Shown: in pieces, positions 1 through 13,748 of the stretch
How the letters are laid out: each line of letters starts with the position of its first letter
How positions within the stretch are numbered: position 1 is the stretch's first letter
DNA from: Phoronis australis
Taxonomy: Eukaryota; Animalia; Phoronida
NCBI GenBank assembly: GCA_002633005.1
Contig: NMRA01000290.1
Coordinates: 395,121-459,120 of the forward strand
Direction of reading: 5' to 3'
DNA: 64,000 bases
Position numbers and translations under genes: made by a program
The notes under the pieces: model-generated
Seen by the model: only the letters and a program-made list of their open reading frames with translations
What the model was told of the DNA's origin: nothing
Database searches by the model: none

Positions 1-465
1 TGACAACGGACGATGACGACTTTAGGATGATTCTGACTACCGGTATGCCTCTTGTGGCAATTTTAGTATTTGCCTCTAGTGGCAATTTTAGTATTTTACA
101 TTGACCTCTGTATTTTCATAGGTCTTCAGGTGTATACTTTGTGTTACTTCGTGACTGTGAAGGAAAGTTCTAAGTAGAAATTTGTTTCTGGCATTCTAAT
201 GCTGTGCTAATCTCGTATGTTGGTAAATTTGTTTTTAATTCTATGTTTCTGTGGTGCTTTAAGCAAATGGTGTATAGGATGTGCTTGCATTATGAAGATA
301 ACTCACATTTTGCCCCTAGCCTATTGAGGAGACTATGACCATGCCTTTCCATTTTGCAAAGTATGCCCTCTACTGGCCAATTTATGGTACCAATAAACAA
401 CCCTAGAAGGATACCGTATGCGGTGCAATTGTGGGCGCATTTCAACGCTCCGCGTTGCTCTTGTT
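1..465 (-). mobile_element. Non-autonomous Helentron-associated (HINE/DINE-1-like) element, 5' part, truncated by the window start
   Basis: Reverse complement of 436-465 (AACAAGAGCAACGCGGAGCGTTGAAATGCG) nearly matches the start of the element at 20580 (AACAAGAGTAACGTGGAGCGTTGAAATGCA). Internal GCCTCTAGTGGC-type motifs at about 48, 72 and 365. Family assignment is from structure only. Confidence 0.55.
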
Positions 466-2668
466 TGAATTGGTTGCATCGATAGAGGCCAGTTTATACT
501 GGTCTAAATTTCTAATATGGTTTGGCTTAATTCTTATCAAAAATGTATGTGAAGTGTCTTAGTTGGGTGTTTTGTCTTGCATTGTTTAACATTTTGTTGT
601 AAAGTTTCGTGGCTATAAGAATGCTACATTATTCGACACCCTCACCAGTGGACTGGATAATGGGCCGACTCCACTGGTTGGCTTGACCCGAAATACTCTG
701 GTAAACCATGCATTTCTAGGCAATTATTGTGTAGACATAGCAGACTGATGATGTTATTCTAATATGGCTAACTTGTTTATCTACAATCTACAGTCTACAC
801 TGGGACCTGCCTTATATTATGATTCTCATTAATTCTTGGTTGGTTGGGTAAATGCGACTGATTGGACAATGATCTCAAGGCTCATAAAACCAGCAGGCAG
901 CAGTTGGAAATTCAGTGAGGAAAGCCAAATGTCATCATACAATTCTTGGCATAATAAAATACTTTTCAGAGGCCCAGTATGATGTTTTTGCTTAAGCTTT
1001 AAAGGATAGCAAGTCTTCAGTGAATTTAGGACCCATTCAATGCATGGTTACTGTTTATATTTTTGCAAGCTTGTTTGTGCCTCTGAAAAAATTTTGTGGT
1101 TTTATTGATTTTTACTTTGATATACTTATAGTAAGTCAAATTGCCAATGAAAGTACACTTAAGCCTGTCGACATGCTGTAGTTCTTAGGGCACTTGAAAA
1201 ATCCTCCCTAAAGTGTTTGATATAAAATTAATGTATTTTGTCCTCAAAGCTGTGTTGAAGTATTAAGTGAGTAGGCCTACATGACAAGAATTGTATGATG
1301 GCACTTGGCTTACCTCGAAATCCAACTGGTGCCTGGTGGTTTTGTAATTGGCCCAATTATGAGAAGCATGTTATATGGTAACATTGTTCAAAAGTATAAG
1401 GTTATAAAAATCACATTTAATTTTGCTTGTCTGATTTTCAAAAGTTAAAAATCTAATCACACATACTTTTCATGAACTTTTCAAATAAGGTAAAAACTTT
1501 CAAAATGAAAATTTAAAAATGCTGTCCCCCCTGTGTGTTCATGATGGGTCTGAAGTTATTTGGAGAATAATGCGATGTAATTAACTACAACAGCATGGTG
1601 CCTTTGAACAATGCTGTCAGATTCCGAGGTACACAAACCAGATGAGTTGCCCCGATGTCAACTGGTGAGGATGTCAACTACAGGACTCTTTTCATGAATT
1701 TTGAGACTTCAACCTACCACACTTTGACACTTCAGTCCAAATTATTTAGCAATAGTATGTTTATAATTGTTGAGCTTTAGTCAAGGAATCATTTGTTGTT
1801 ATTGTTCCTAGCAGTGCTAGCATCGCCTTGGTGTTATTTCAATATTTCATTTAGGGGTTCATAGTCTCTTATAAGGCGACTTTGGCCAGGTTTTTCTTTT
1901 TATCTTTAGATTGACCAAGGTGTCAGGTCCCCACGAAGTAGAGGTCAATGTTTCCTTTGACCTGTGACCCCTGACCTTTGCTTAGATTATGTAAAGCTTG
2001 TGTTGTGGTGTTACACAAGATATCTGAGGTCAAGTGCTAGTGCTTTTCACAAGTCACAGGACAACTTGAGGTATAATGTTTCTATTTTTACTTGTATTTA
2101 TGTAAGCCTTTTTTATATAAATGAAACAAATGATTTGATTTATTTCATGGTGATATCACAGCTTTCTTAGTACCTATAGTTTCAGCTCAATCAGGTCACT
2201 GAAGGAGACTGTTGGTAGTGTTTGCCTGAGTGTATTGGTATGTAATACATACGATTGGACTGGATTATGGTGCCAAGGAATTCTTGGCTATTTATGTAAT
2301 TCTTGTTTGATGGGTCAGACTGTCTTTGTGGTAAGGCTGACATAGAGTATTCTGTGTGGAAACCCAACATTGAACCTCAAACGATAGATGATTGAAATCT
2401 GTTTTGTATAACTGTTACTGATATGCCAAATAATGTATGGCAGTGGGTTGACTGTGGTAATGGCATGGTCTATCAGAATTCACTGTAGCAATTTTACATT
2501 GTCTGGTGACAGCCGCAAGGGAGTGCGAAGCCTCGTCTCCCCCGCCATAACACATTGACTATGGTGACTTGTACATAAAGATATTTTGGTCAGATTGATA
2601 ATGTTCAAAAGTAGGATAACGGGAGTTCATGTCATTAATTGTGTTCCAGGTACTAACTATAGTCAGAG

Positions 2669-5600
2669 ATGTATGTGCTTGATGAGAATAACCTGGCTCT
2701 GTGCGCCATCGTCACAGTGGTTATGCAGTTTGTCTTCTTCATCATTGCCTACAAATGCCAGTTCGACAAAGTAACAGATTTTGCTGGTGGAACGAATTTT
2801 GTGATCCTTGCATTGCTCACGTTTTTCGTTGCTCAGGTACGTCTCAAGGTATGCGCTGATTTCCCGCTTATTTCATGCAAAAGTAATTGCCAATTGAAAT
2901 TAGTTATCTTTCCATTCTTCTAAGGATAATTACCTTTTTGCGAATTATGGGAACTTCAGCAAATGTTGTTTTACGACATGACATCTACACGATGCAAATC
3001 TTGCTTGTAATCTGACTGAAATGTTCTTAATCTTTGCTTTTGTGGACAAGTTTAACCAAACGGAATTTAATTGTTGACCATAGTGCTTGATGAATAAGTT
3101 AAGAGTTTCTGATTGAAGTGATCAACTAGAATTTTATGATAGTCAAAAGCCCAATTAAGCTTCTGTATAAACTAATCTTGAAATTAAATTTTCAAATGAC
3201 AAAATTTATTTTGAAACGATGTTGATGAAGATTCTTTGGTAACTTTGCTAAAAATAACTGTCAAAAATATGATTTTTCAACTTGTCAATGGCTGTGTTCC
3301 TGGAAATAAAAAAAATCCAAGTGTTGTTATTGACAGGAGAATCATGGTACGGTGTATATTGTGATGTTAGAAGTTTTTCTCAATGTTGATTTTTGTTTCC
3401 AAATTTTGTCAAACATTGGTAGAATTTATGTACTTTTCGTTTGCCACTGTCAAATCGTGGAAAATTCATTCAGGATCTTATCTTGTGACCAACTTGTTTA
3501 TGGCTTCCATAAACCATGTCCAATACACACTCGCTATCCAATACACATTTGCAATGTTCAAGACTGACTTAAGCTGGCCTCAGATTCATCTTGTCACAAA
3601 GGCAAGGTGATACCAAGTGACTGATTGACAACACGTTACAGAGGTGGGTTCAGATGGGGTTCCAAGGTGTCCAGACACCCCTCTTTGTTCTTACAGAGCA
3701 ATCTCCAGCACTCATTGCTGTATGTTTATTCCTTGCCACCCCTCCCCCCCTACATACCCTGAATGGACTTACTCTCAAAACTCTTAATGCCATGACAGAA
3801 AACCTGGGGTTGGGCCAGTCAATTATCTATACAATAATTATGGACAAGTTTTGTGCATGTTTCACTTATTCTGGATATTTTTCAGACGTACACCACTCTT
3901 CAAATCGTTATCACATCGGCCATAGGTTTGTGGGGAATTCGACTGTCAGCCTATCTGCTTTATAGGATTTTAAAGATTGGTGAAGACAATAGGTTCGATG
4001 ACAAAAGAGGGAGCTGTCTGAAGTTTGGAACTTTTTGGACATTCCAGGTACAGGACAGCTGCAGAAACTCTAGTTGAGCTGCTTCTCTTTTGAACAAACA
4101 TTTTTCTCCAAATTACCTACGAAATCTTGCTATTTGCTTGACTATCATTTTTCAAAGCTTAACACCTAAAAAAATTCTAAATTAAGTTATACTAAATACA
4201 ATGGTCAATGTTTTTTAGCTTTGCATGAAACATTTCTGTGATTAAAGCACGTAAGCACTTTCACCCAGTGATATTGAAATATACCATTTTGAATGATTTC
4301 TCACTTGAAATAGTCCTAATTATACCCCTACTTGTAACTTAGCTATCTACAAGAGAGTGCTACTCGACAACCAATTTGCTCAATTGATTTTTATCTACAA
4401 CTTAAGATATACAAATTTCCTCTATGTACATTAACCCATCATAGTAAACACAGGATCATCTGCCGTGTATTGATTGAAGAACATCGTCCCTTGTAGTTAT
4501 TGATGATCCCTGGACTAGTACGTCCGTTGATAATATTGATTTTGTTTATGAAACGCATTCAATTACCTGAACAGCTAGAAAGTATGTCGATTTGTTTGAG
4601 TGGTGATGTGGAATTCTAAAGTGTAATTGAAATAAGTGATGCTGCTGCAGGTTGAGGGAGGGAGTTGGGGAGGGAGAGAGAGAGAGATTGAGAGGAAGGG
4701 TGGGTGGCAGGAAAAGAGGGGGAGGGGACGGGGGATGGGGGATGGAAGAGAGCGAGGGAGAGAGATGACTTTTTGTATTTAATGTCCTTTCCTAATTGTA
4801 TATAAGTATTGAAGCACTCAAAGGTCATAGGCCCACGGCACAGGTGAACATGTATACATATTTACACATGCGGAGTACACAATATAGAAATTAAATGAAA
4901 ACCAAAAAATAATTGAAGGATGTTGTTCTAAGAGCTTTTTTCCAGGTGGACGTAGCGTGATACACAAACTTAACCAGCTTAATTAAACTATTGACATAAT
5001 TATTGGTCAATTACGCCATGCCCACAATATTATTTAGTCATGTAGTTGGTTTGGCTGACCGCTGAACTCTGGAAACCTCAGATAGACTGTAATTGTAAGG
5101 CAATTTGTAATTGTCTATCAGATGTGCAATCTTTTCAATGAAAATGCACGTAACTCCTTGCCCTGCCCTTCATCTCTTAGTTATGGCACGGAATCTTATG
5201 GGTTGTTTTTTTTCTAGGCAGTGTGGGTATTTACAGTTAGTCTTCCTGTCATCTTTATCAATGCCGAGTCCACTGCACTGAAATCTCCTGGGAACACATT
5301 CGGCGGATTGGAAATAGCTGGCATGGTCGTGTTTGGCGTGGGCTTGATCATCGAGGGTACAGCTGATATGCAAAAATTCAACTTCAGGGACAATCCAGAG
5401 AATAAAGGAAAATGGTGCGATTATGGTGAGCAAAGGTTGAATTTTCAATTATGCAATAGAATATAATTGTGAGAAAATGGAAAATGAAAATTATATCCTG
5501 GGAAAACTGAAGAAAATGTAAACATAATTGGAGTAGGTGTAGACCATAAATGAATTGAATTTTCAATTATGCAATAGAATATAATTGTGGGAAAATGGAA

Positions 5601-8600
5601 AAAGAAAATTATATCCTGGGGAAACTGAAGAAAATGTAAACATAATTGGAGTAGGTGTAGACCATAAATGAATTTATATTCATATCATATCCTTTGTGAG
5701 TCATTCATGAGGCAACTCCTACGCTAACATTTGGGGGTTTGTTACCCTAACACCTAAGCAAGTTTAAGCCAGAACCCATCCTAATCTATTCACAAATTAC
5801 TTGCATGGCTTTAGCCGCGCTTCTGAAGAAAACCTGTTCGCTAATTTCTCTTATAATGCATCGATTCGCTCAAGCCGTTGATGTGCAGAGGACTTTGCTG
5901 GATACACTGGGGTGACCAGTGCATGCTTTCTTGTCCACTTGCGTGCTAATCCTGTGAATGTAAGAGTTGTCTCGTTTCTCTTTATATGAGAAGAATTACC
6001 ATTCTTTTCAGGTTTATGGAAGTGGTCACGACATCCCAACTACTTTGGTGAAATTCTTGTCTGGTGGGGTGTGTTTCTGGCCAGCACTAGCATCTTGAGG
6101 GAGGGTCAGTGGGTGGCCGTCCTGAGTCCTGTCTTCATAACGGCCATCTTACTCTTTCTCAGTGGCATACCTCTGTTGGAGAAGAAATCTGACGAACGCT
6201 ATCGCAAGTAAGTCCAAGTTATCGGTGGTCGTGGGTTCCTTTCTAGGTTTCAGGGAAACTGACGTATATTACATTGTTCATTGAAAAATCAAAGTACGGT
6301 CAAATTGACAGGACATGCAAATTATTGTGTCAAAAACCTACACTGAGGATAAATTTCGGAGACCCCTATTGGGTACTTGAAACATCATATCTCAGAAATG
6401 ACTTGTTATTCCTATGAAACTTTCACATGTCATGCTTTATGCACTGTTCTTCCAAAACAGGAGTGGGGATTGTTTTGATTAATGTTCCATTTTTGCATGA
6501 GGGCCCGGGTTATCAAAAAATAGGACTGTAACTGTCATGAATTTTACAAAAAAAGTCATAAGTTGCATGAAACAAAACCAAAATAATTATTTAGAAAACT
6601 GTAACTGTATTTTTGACGTTTCATCTTGAACACTTATGTGTAATGAAGTTTGGCCAGTCATCTTATGGGTTCTTTTTTGCTTAATTTCACTAAAAAGTCA
6701 TGGTCATGACCTTGCAATCAATGGCAGACTGGTAAAAAGTCAACAATCAAATTCTGTTGACTGCTTTCAGAAAATATATACTTTTATGGAGTTTAGATCA
6801 GGCATTTTGTAGTACACAGACTTGTCGATAAGGTCTTCTATGTAACCTTAATCGAGCAGTGAACCGCTCTAGTATAATTATTCTGCCATTTTCGTGAAAT
6901 TTGGTTGTTATCCGAGTTGATGTGCCTGTAATCGTACAACCTGTGCTGATATTATGTTTTACAGACAGGAGNTTGTAGTTATTGATGATCCCTGGACTAG
7001 TATGTCCGTTGATAATATTGATTTTGTTTATGAAACGCATTCAATTACCTGAACAGCTAGAAAGTATGTCGATTTGTTTGAGTGGTGATGTGGAATTCTA
7101 AAGTGTAATTGAAATAAGTGATGCTGCTGCAGGTTGAGGGAGGGAGTTGGGGAGGGAGAGAGAGAGAGATTGAGAGGAAGGGCGGGTGGGAGGAAAAGAG
7201 GGGGAGGGGACGGGGGATGGGGGATGGAAGAGAGCGAGAGAGAGAGATGACTTTTTGTATTTAATGTCCTTGCCTAATTGTATATAAGTATTGAAGCACT
7301 CAAAGGTCATAGGCCCACAGCACAGGTGAACATGTATACATATTTACACATGCGGAGTACACAATATAGAAATTAAATGAAAACCAAAAAATAATTAAAG
7401 GACGTTCTTCTAAGAGCTTTTTTCCAGGTGGACGTAGCGTGATACACAAACTTAACCAGCTTAATTACACTATTGACATAATTATTGGTCAATTACGCCA
7501 CGTTCACAATATTATTTAGTCATGTGGTTGGTTGGCTGACCGCTGAACTCTGGAAACCTCAGATAGACTGTAATTGTAAGGCAATTTGTAATCGTCTATC
7601 AGATGTGCAATCTTTTCAATGAAAATGCACGTAACTCTTTGCCCTGCCCTTCATCTCTTAGTTATGGCACGGAATCTTACGGGTCGTTTTTTTCTAGGCA
7701 GTGTGGGTGTTTACAGTTAGTCTTCCTGTCATCTTTATCAATGCCGAGTCCACTGCACTGAAATCTCCTGGGAACACATTCGGCGGATTGGAAATAGCTG
7801 GCATGGTCGTGTTCGGCGTGGGCTTGATCATCGAGGGTACAGCTGATATGCAAAAATTCAACTTCAGGGACAATCCAGAGAATAAAGGAAAATGGTGCGA
7901 TTATGGTGAGCAAAGGTTGAATTTTCAATTATGCAATAGAATATAACTGTGGGAAAATAATGAAAATTATATCCTGGGAAAACTGAAGAAAATGTAAACA
8001 TAATTGGAGTTAGGTGTAGACCGTAAATGAATTTATATTCATATCATATCCTTTGTGAGCCATTCATGAGGCAAGTCCTACGCTAACATTTGGGGGTTTG
8101 TTACCCTAACACCTAAGCAAGTTTAAGCCAGAACCCATCCTAATCTATTCACAAATTACTTGCGTGGCTTTAGCCGCGCTTCTGAAGAAAACCTGTTTGC
8201 TAATTTCTCTTATAATGCATCGATTCGCCCAAGCCCATGAATAGCGACTAGCTCACTTCAATTGGTGTTGGCGCCATCAAGCCGTTGATGTGCAGAGGAC
8301 TTTGCTGGATACACTGGGGTGACCAGTGCATGCTTTCTTGTCCACTTGCGTGCTAATCCTGTGAGTGTAAGAGTTGTCTTGTGTCTCTTTATATGAGAAG
8401 AATTACCATTCTTTTCAGGTTTATGGAAGTGGTCACGACATCCCAACTACTTTGGTGAAATTCTTGTCTGGTGGGGTGTGTTTCTGGCCAGCACTAGCAT
8501 CTTGAGGGAGGGTCAGTGGGTGGCCGTCCTGAGTCCTGTCTTCATAACGGCCATCTTACTCTTTCTCAGTGGCATACCTCTGTTGGAGAAGAAATCTGAC

Positions 8601-9588
8601 GAACGCTATCGCAAGTAAGTCCAAGTTATCGGTGGTCGTGGGTTCCTTTCTAGGTTTCAGGGAAACTGACGTATATTACATTGTTCATTGAAAAATCAAA
8701 GTACGGTCAAATTGACAGGACATGCAAATTATTGTGTCAAAAACCTACACTGAGGATAAATTTCGGAGACCCCTATTGGGTACTTGAAACATCATATCTC
8801 AGAAATGACTTGTTATTCCTATGAAACTTTCACATGTCATGCTTTATGCACTGTTCTTCCAAAACAGGAGTGGGGATTGTTTTGATTAATGTTCCATTTT
8901 TGCATGAGGGCCCGGGTTATCAAAAAATAGGACTGTAACTGTCATGAATTTTACAAAAAAAGTCATAAGTTGCATGAAACAAAACCAAAATAATTATTTA
9001 GAAAACTGTAACTGTATTTTTGACGTTTCATCTTGAACACTTATGTGTAATGAAGTTTGGCCAGTCATCTTATGGGTTCTTTTTTGCTTAATTTCACTAA
9101 AAAGTCATGGTCATGACCTTGCAATCAATGGCAGACTGGTAAAAAGTCAACAATCAAATTCTGTTGACTGCTTTCAGAAAATATATACTTTTATGGAGTT
9201 TAGATCAGGCATTTTGTAGTACACAGACTTGTCGATAAGGTCTTCTATGTAACCTTAATCGAGCAGTGAACCGCTCTAGTATAATTATTCTGCCATTTTC
9301 GTGAAATTTGGTTGTTATCCGAGTTGATGTGCCTGTAATCGTACAACCTGTGCTGATATTATGTTTTACAGACAGGAGGCGTACATACTCTACAAACAGC
9401 GCACTAGCCCACTTATCTTGCTACCTCCAGTCCTGTACAGCAAACTGCCCAGTCCCCTCAAGTGCTGCTGTTGCTGTGAGTTTCCACTATACAATTTCCT
9501 CAACGAACCTGAAGAATCTCCAAACGAATCCACTGCCATCTCGCAAGTGTCACAGAATAGCAAGACTTCACCCGGGGATACTGTCTAA
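2669..9588 (+). CDS. DUF1295 family (steroid 5-alpha-reductase-like) integral membrane protein
   Basis: Coding exons 2669-2836, 3886-4047, 5218-5425 (or duplicate 7698-7905), 6012-6207 (or duplicate 8419-8614), 9372-9588. All GT-AG and in frame. Motifs FDKVTDFAGGTNF, WGIRLSAYLLYRILKIGEDNRFD, ADMQKFNF, GLWKWSRHPNYFGE, SGIPLLEK are typical of DUF1295. Confidence 0.9.
4491..9378 (+). repeat. Tandem near-identical ~2.4 kb duplication (4491-6971 / 6973-9378) separated by one N; probable uncollapsed haplotypes
   Basis: Both copies start TTGTAGTTATTGATGATCCC and end ACAGACAGGAG, with N at 6972. The exon copies encode identical peptides. Confidence 0.9.
4652..4765 (+). repeat. Polypurine G/A-rich low-complexity tract (repeated at about 7134-7247)
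   Basis: GGGAGGGAG, (GA)n and GGGGA runs directly visible. Confidence 0.8.
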
Positions 9589-10876
9589 TGTCATGTCGCA
9601 TCCCAGGGACTTATGATAAACCAAGGATGTATACTTGCCATAACACGTACAAATTGCCTATGACGCAATTTTAAGGACTTCATGGATCGTATACTGGACA
9701 CCACCAGCACCGAATAGGCTAGTCCATAAAAGAGCAAAAAAGTGAAAACAAATGACTTGGTTCGTTTGGCAGCTCATGTGAACGCCATCAGCTTAATGCA
9801 TGCAAGCATGGAATCGCATGTCATCCACTAAGCAAGCAAGCTTGCAGTTTAAGGAATTTCAACCATCTCAAGTGCACGCACTGACTTCTAGTGGCCGTTT
9901 ATCATGAAGAAATAGCATTTCGGCAGAAAGTATCTGTCGTGAATTATCCACACAGACCCAAGGGCCCCACCTCATTCCCAATGGTAGCTCTCCTTTGTAA
10001 AACTTGATATTACCCTGCGTGAAACTGGTGCTGATCAAGGGGCAGGGTAAAAATTGTTTTGATGGGGAAAGAAATCAATTCAAATAACCTGGTTCTCCAC
10101 ACTTGCAGCTTAAGGCTCTGAGAAAACTTATTCCAGTACTAGATTTCATCCAAAAATTGAATTCAACATACATATAGTGGGCATATTCATGGCACTGTAG
10201 CTTGCTCTTCACCTTAAATGTGTGCACTGATTAACATGTCTGAAATGGTGGCATATTCTGTCATACGACTGTCCCGTGTAATTACAAGTTTTCCATCGGA
10301 TCCGAATTTCTTTTTTCAAGGTTTTGGTGTCCATTTCCTGTGAATCCGAGGAAAGATTGTGCACTGTTTCCTAAAAGTGTCGTGGCGGAATTTACCTCAG
10401 TTGTATCTCTGTATACACCCACTTGACTAGGCTAAAATATGAGTCTCTGGTAGTCATTTCACCTACTTCTCTACAAGTTTCAGCTTGTTTAGACAAGTTT
10501 GCGATCTTGCCAGTTTCTTAGTAGATTGTGACGCGGAGAATGTGAACTAATGTTCATCGTACTATGCAATGGAGATTTTTTCACTTCCTGGATCAACCAA
10601 GTCAACGAAGTGAATCTCTCGATGAATCATTTAACAACTTGCATCTTGTGAGTATGGTAATTTTCATTTGCACTTTTAATGCATTGAGATTAATTACATG
10701 GAAGTTTTTTCTTCATGATGGATCAACTAAGTGTATCAAAAACTGTCAAATCGTGATTTTTATTTACTTTTTGTATAGCCTAGGTATTCTCATGTTTAGT
10801 AGTCATTTTGGCGAAAGTGATTATGGAGCAATAGTCCTGTTCAATCTTGATTGTTCTTGTCCCTGGGAGCATGCAA

Positions 10877-11020
10877 CTGGGTAGAGTTCAGTTATGCTAG
10901 GACCTCGCTAAAATTTAGCCAAAATCATGTGCTCTCATTTAAAATTCACGGCAATATCTCGCGTAATCTTGCGAAGTCTCACTTTTTAGGGAGGTCCTAG
11001 CGTTACTGAACTCTACCCAG
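10877..11020. mobile_element. ~144-bp MITE with ~37-bp terminal inverted repeats
   Basis: CTGGGTAGAGTTCAGTTATGCTAGGACCTCGCTAAAA ... TTTTAGGGAGGTCCTAGCGTTACTGAACTCTACCCAG. Second, more diverged copy at 48266-48396. Confidence 0.75.
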
Positions 11021-13180
11021 GTGCGATTAATTTCTTCCAAGTCTTGTGAAATTATTCAGACTATCTGTGACATGATTACGTTTCTATTGCTCTTTGCTGG
11101 TCCAAATCCCATCCTAATAGTGCCAGACATTTCTGAACTTCTGTATATTGCAAAACGTTGGTATGCGTCTTCCACAATAGACATTGTTCAGCCATTACAA
11201 TTTGAAAGAAGCTGCACTCGAGCGACCAGTCCATAGGCTTATTACAACAGTAATGTACCAAGTTAAAATGGAAGATTGTGCTTAATGCAGTGGATAGTTA
11301 TTTAAAATTGGTCTATTAAAAGTGGCCATATGTTTAATTGTGTTATATGTGATATTTGATTACATTCAGATGTACTTGTATGTTTTATAATTTTTAATAT
11401 TTTTGGTACTAGTCATTTGTACTTCTTTAATGTCAGTGAAATGTTAAGAGTATTCAACAAGATTAGTGTTCAAGTCATCATGTGAAATAATTTATTGGCG
11501 TTTGTGACCTGAAATGATTTATTGAAGCATAATTACACGTATTGCATGATATTTTTACAAATACATGTTAAAAAACTGAAATCTGATTCTTTCCAATGTC
11601 TTAGTCAAAGTATCATCCACAGTAAATCAACTGCTTGCTAAGAATGAAATGCTACATAAGATTGTACAAGTTACCTGGCTTTACTTGTCATCGCATTATT
11701 ATATGTAGGTTGACAAAAGCAGTCACCTTTTCTACAAGACTGCATGCTCTTTGCTCAAAAGCCTACTTCATTCATGAGGTGTTTTTATTTCTTTAATCAT
11801 ATTTGTTACATCTTATCAAAATTGCATCCAAGGGGACAGTCATATGAACTCTTTAATTAGCGTAATTGCGTCATATGATGCAAAAATGCAGACTCCGGTC
11901 AAAACTGAAAAGTTGTCGCAAAGTGCTCAGACAAAAACTTCATTTTCATTATCATGTAGAATGGCAATGACTGCAATTAATGTCCTTTAGCAAAAGGGTG
12001 GACTTGTAGAACGGGGACTTCGCTTTACTCACTACCTGTTGTTTAGGTATGCCAACCATTCCGTCCTTTCTTGACATAAGGTAAAAGATGTTGATAGTAA
12101 AATGTAATGAACATCGGGTGTATGAGATCATTCAAAATGTTCTCGGCTTCTTCACGTAACATTGCACTTAATTTATTGGAAAATTCTCAAGATTTACATT
12201 TCACGAACATCATCTAACAACAACATGGTACAACTGTAAAAATAATACACATGGAGACTAATGAACAAGCAAATGTAAAACAATATTAAGACTTATTTTG
12301 ACGAAACACAATAGTATTTCAGACAAAAAGATAATTGCTAAAATTCACATTTTTAGATGCTTAATACTCATTTCAAATGTCATTGCTAAATCAGTACCTG
12401 ATGAACCATACCGGCAATAAATTAAATTTTTGTTAGTATTACAATATTTAAAGCTGTATTTAGCCCGTTGTCAATGTTGAATTCTTAAAGTGCTTCGGGG
12501 CTTAACTTTGCCCATCCGATCTTGAATTATTGACGAATGAGCTGGCAATTCAAGCCACAGGCTTTGCGAACATGTGCCATGGGATGGCAATTCTCAATAA
12601 ACAATGAAGCGTTTTCTTGAGCTGCTAATGGTTTAAGAAATAGAATCCTATCACTGTAAGTAAAAGACCTAGTAATTTGATTTTCATATTTAGCCAACTA
12701 AACTTGGCCAGATGGTGTACACCTATATTTTAATACTTTCAAAATGATAAACCGAGTGCTGCTTTTGGCGTCAAAAATGGCCAACTTCGAATTTCAGTGA
12801 AATCCCAAAAATAACTTCTTTTCTTTTCAACGGCTTTCAACATGCTTGAAATTGTCCAATATTTTTCAAAATGTTAGTGTGATGGTAGCTATGGTATCTA
12901 GAACAGGAACATTGGAAAAGAGAAAATAAAATTTTACTAGTCAGCCATATTGTGTACTAAGTTGGTGAGATTTTACTATAAGATGAAATTAGAATGAATT
13001 GGGTTATTAATCCAAAAATAACACCTTAAATTCATTCCGACCATATTATAATCATAGAAAAAATGTTAACTTGCCTCATTTCATGACTTGATTTTTTGCT
13101 AAAGCCATGATTACTAACTATTAGACGTTCAGCACATCAACTTTAGTCACAGGGGAATTTGCCGTTCCAAAGCATCATCC

Positions 13181-13343
13181 AGGGGCGGATCCAAGATTTT
13201 GCATTGGGGGGCTAGGGCAGATTAGACAGGATTTTGCCGTCAGACATTTGGACCCCTGAACTGCCAAATGGAATCTGGGAGAATTTTAGGGGGGCGGGGA
13301 ACATGACTCCCTTGCACCCCCCCTCCCCCTTAAATCCACCCCT
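13181..13343. mobile_element. Short TIR element (Harbinger/hAT-like MITE remnant)
   Basis: AGGGGCGGATCCA ... TAAATCCACCCCT imperfect termini with G- and C-rich subterminal runs. TSD not clear. Confidence 0.45.
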
Positions 13344-13748
13344 GACATCACAGCGTTCTTATCTTGCGGTTGAACTAATAATAACAATAAATCACCTGGA
13401 ATTTCTCCGACAGCCATACTTCATTTGGGACTGAAACTAACCGACTCTAAAAAGCAACTTAAAATGGGCCAGCTCTGAAACGTTAAACTTGTCTACCAAC
13501 TATTCTCATGCCTAGGAATTATGTTTAATATCTAATTCAGTAAATGACAAGTTGAGACTGATTTTTTTAACAGATAGAGACCTAAACCAAAAAATTGGTT
13601 ACTGACAGAAAGCCCATTTTTGTCCCTTTAAATTGAAACAATTGACACTCGCCATCAAGTGAAACGAGATGTCCCAAGGTTATAATCCGATAACCAAAGT
13701 TGCGCTCACTATATTACCACCTTGTCATATGCATAACAAACACTCGGA

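Noticed and set aside
4616-7310. Pro/Ser-rich 70-aa ORFs at 4616-4828 and 7098-7310 (-)
   Set aside because: Translation of the intronic polypurine tract, present twice only because of the duplication.
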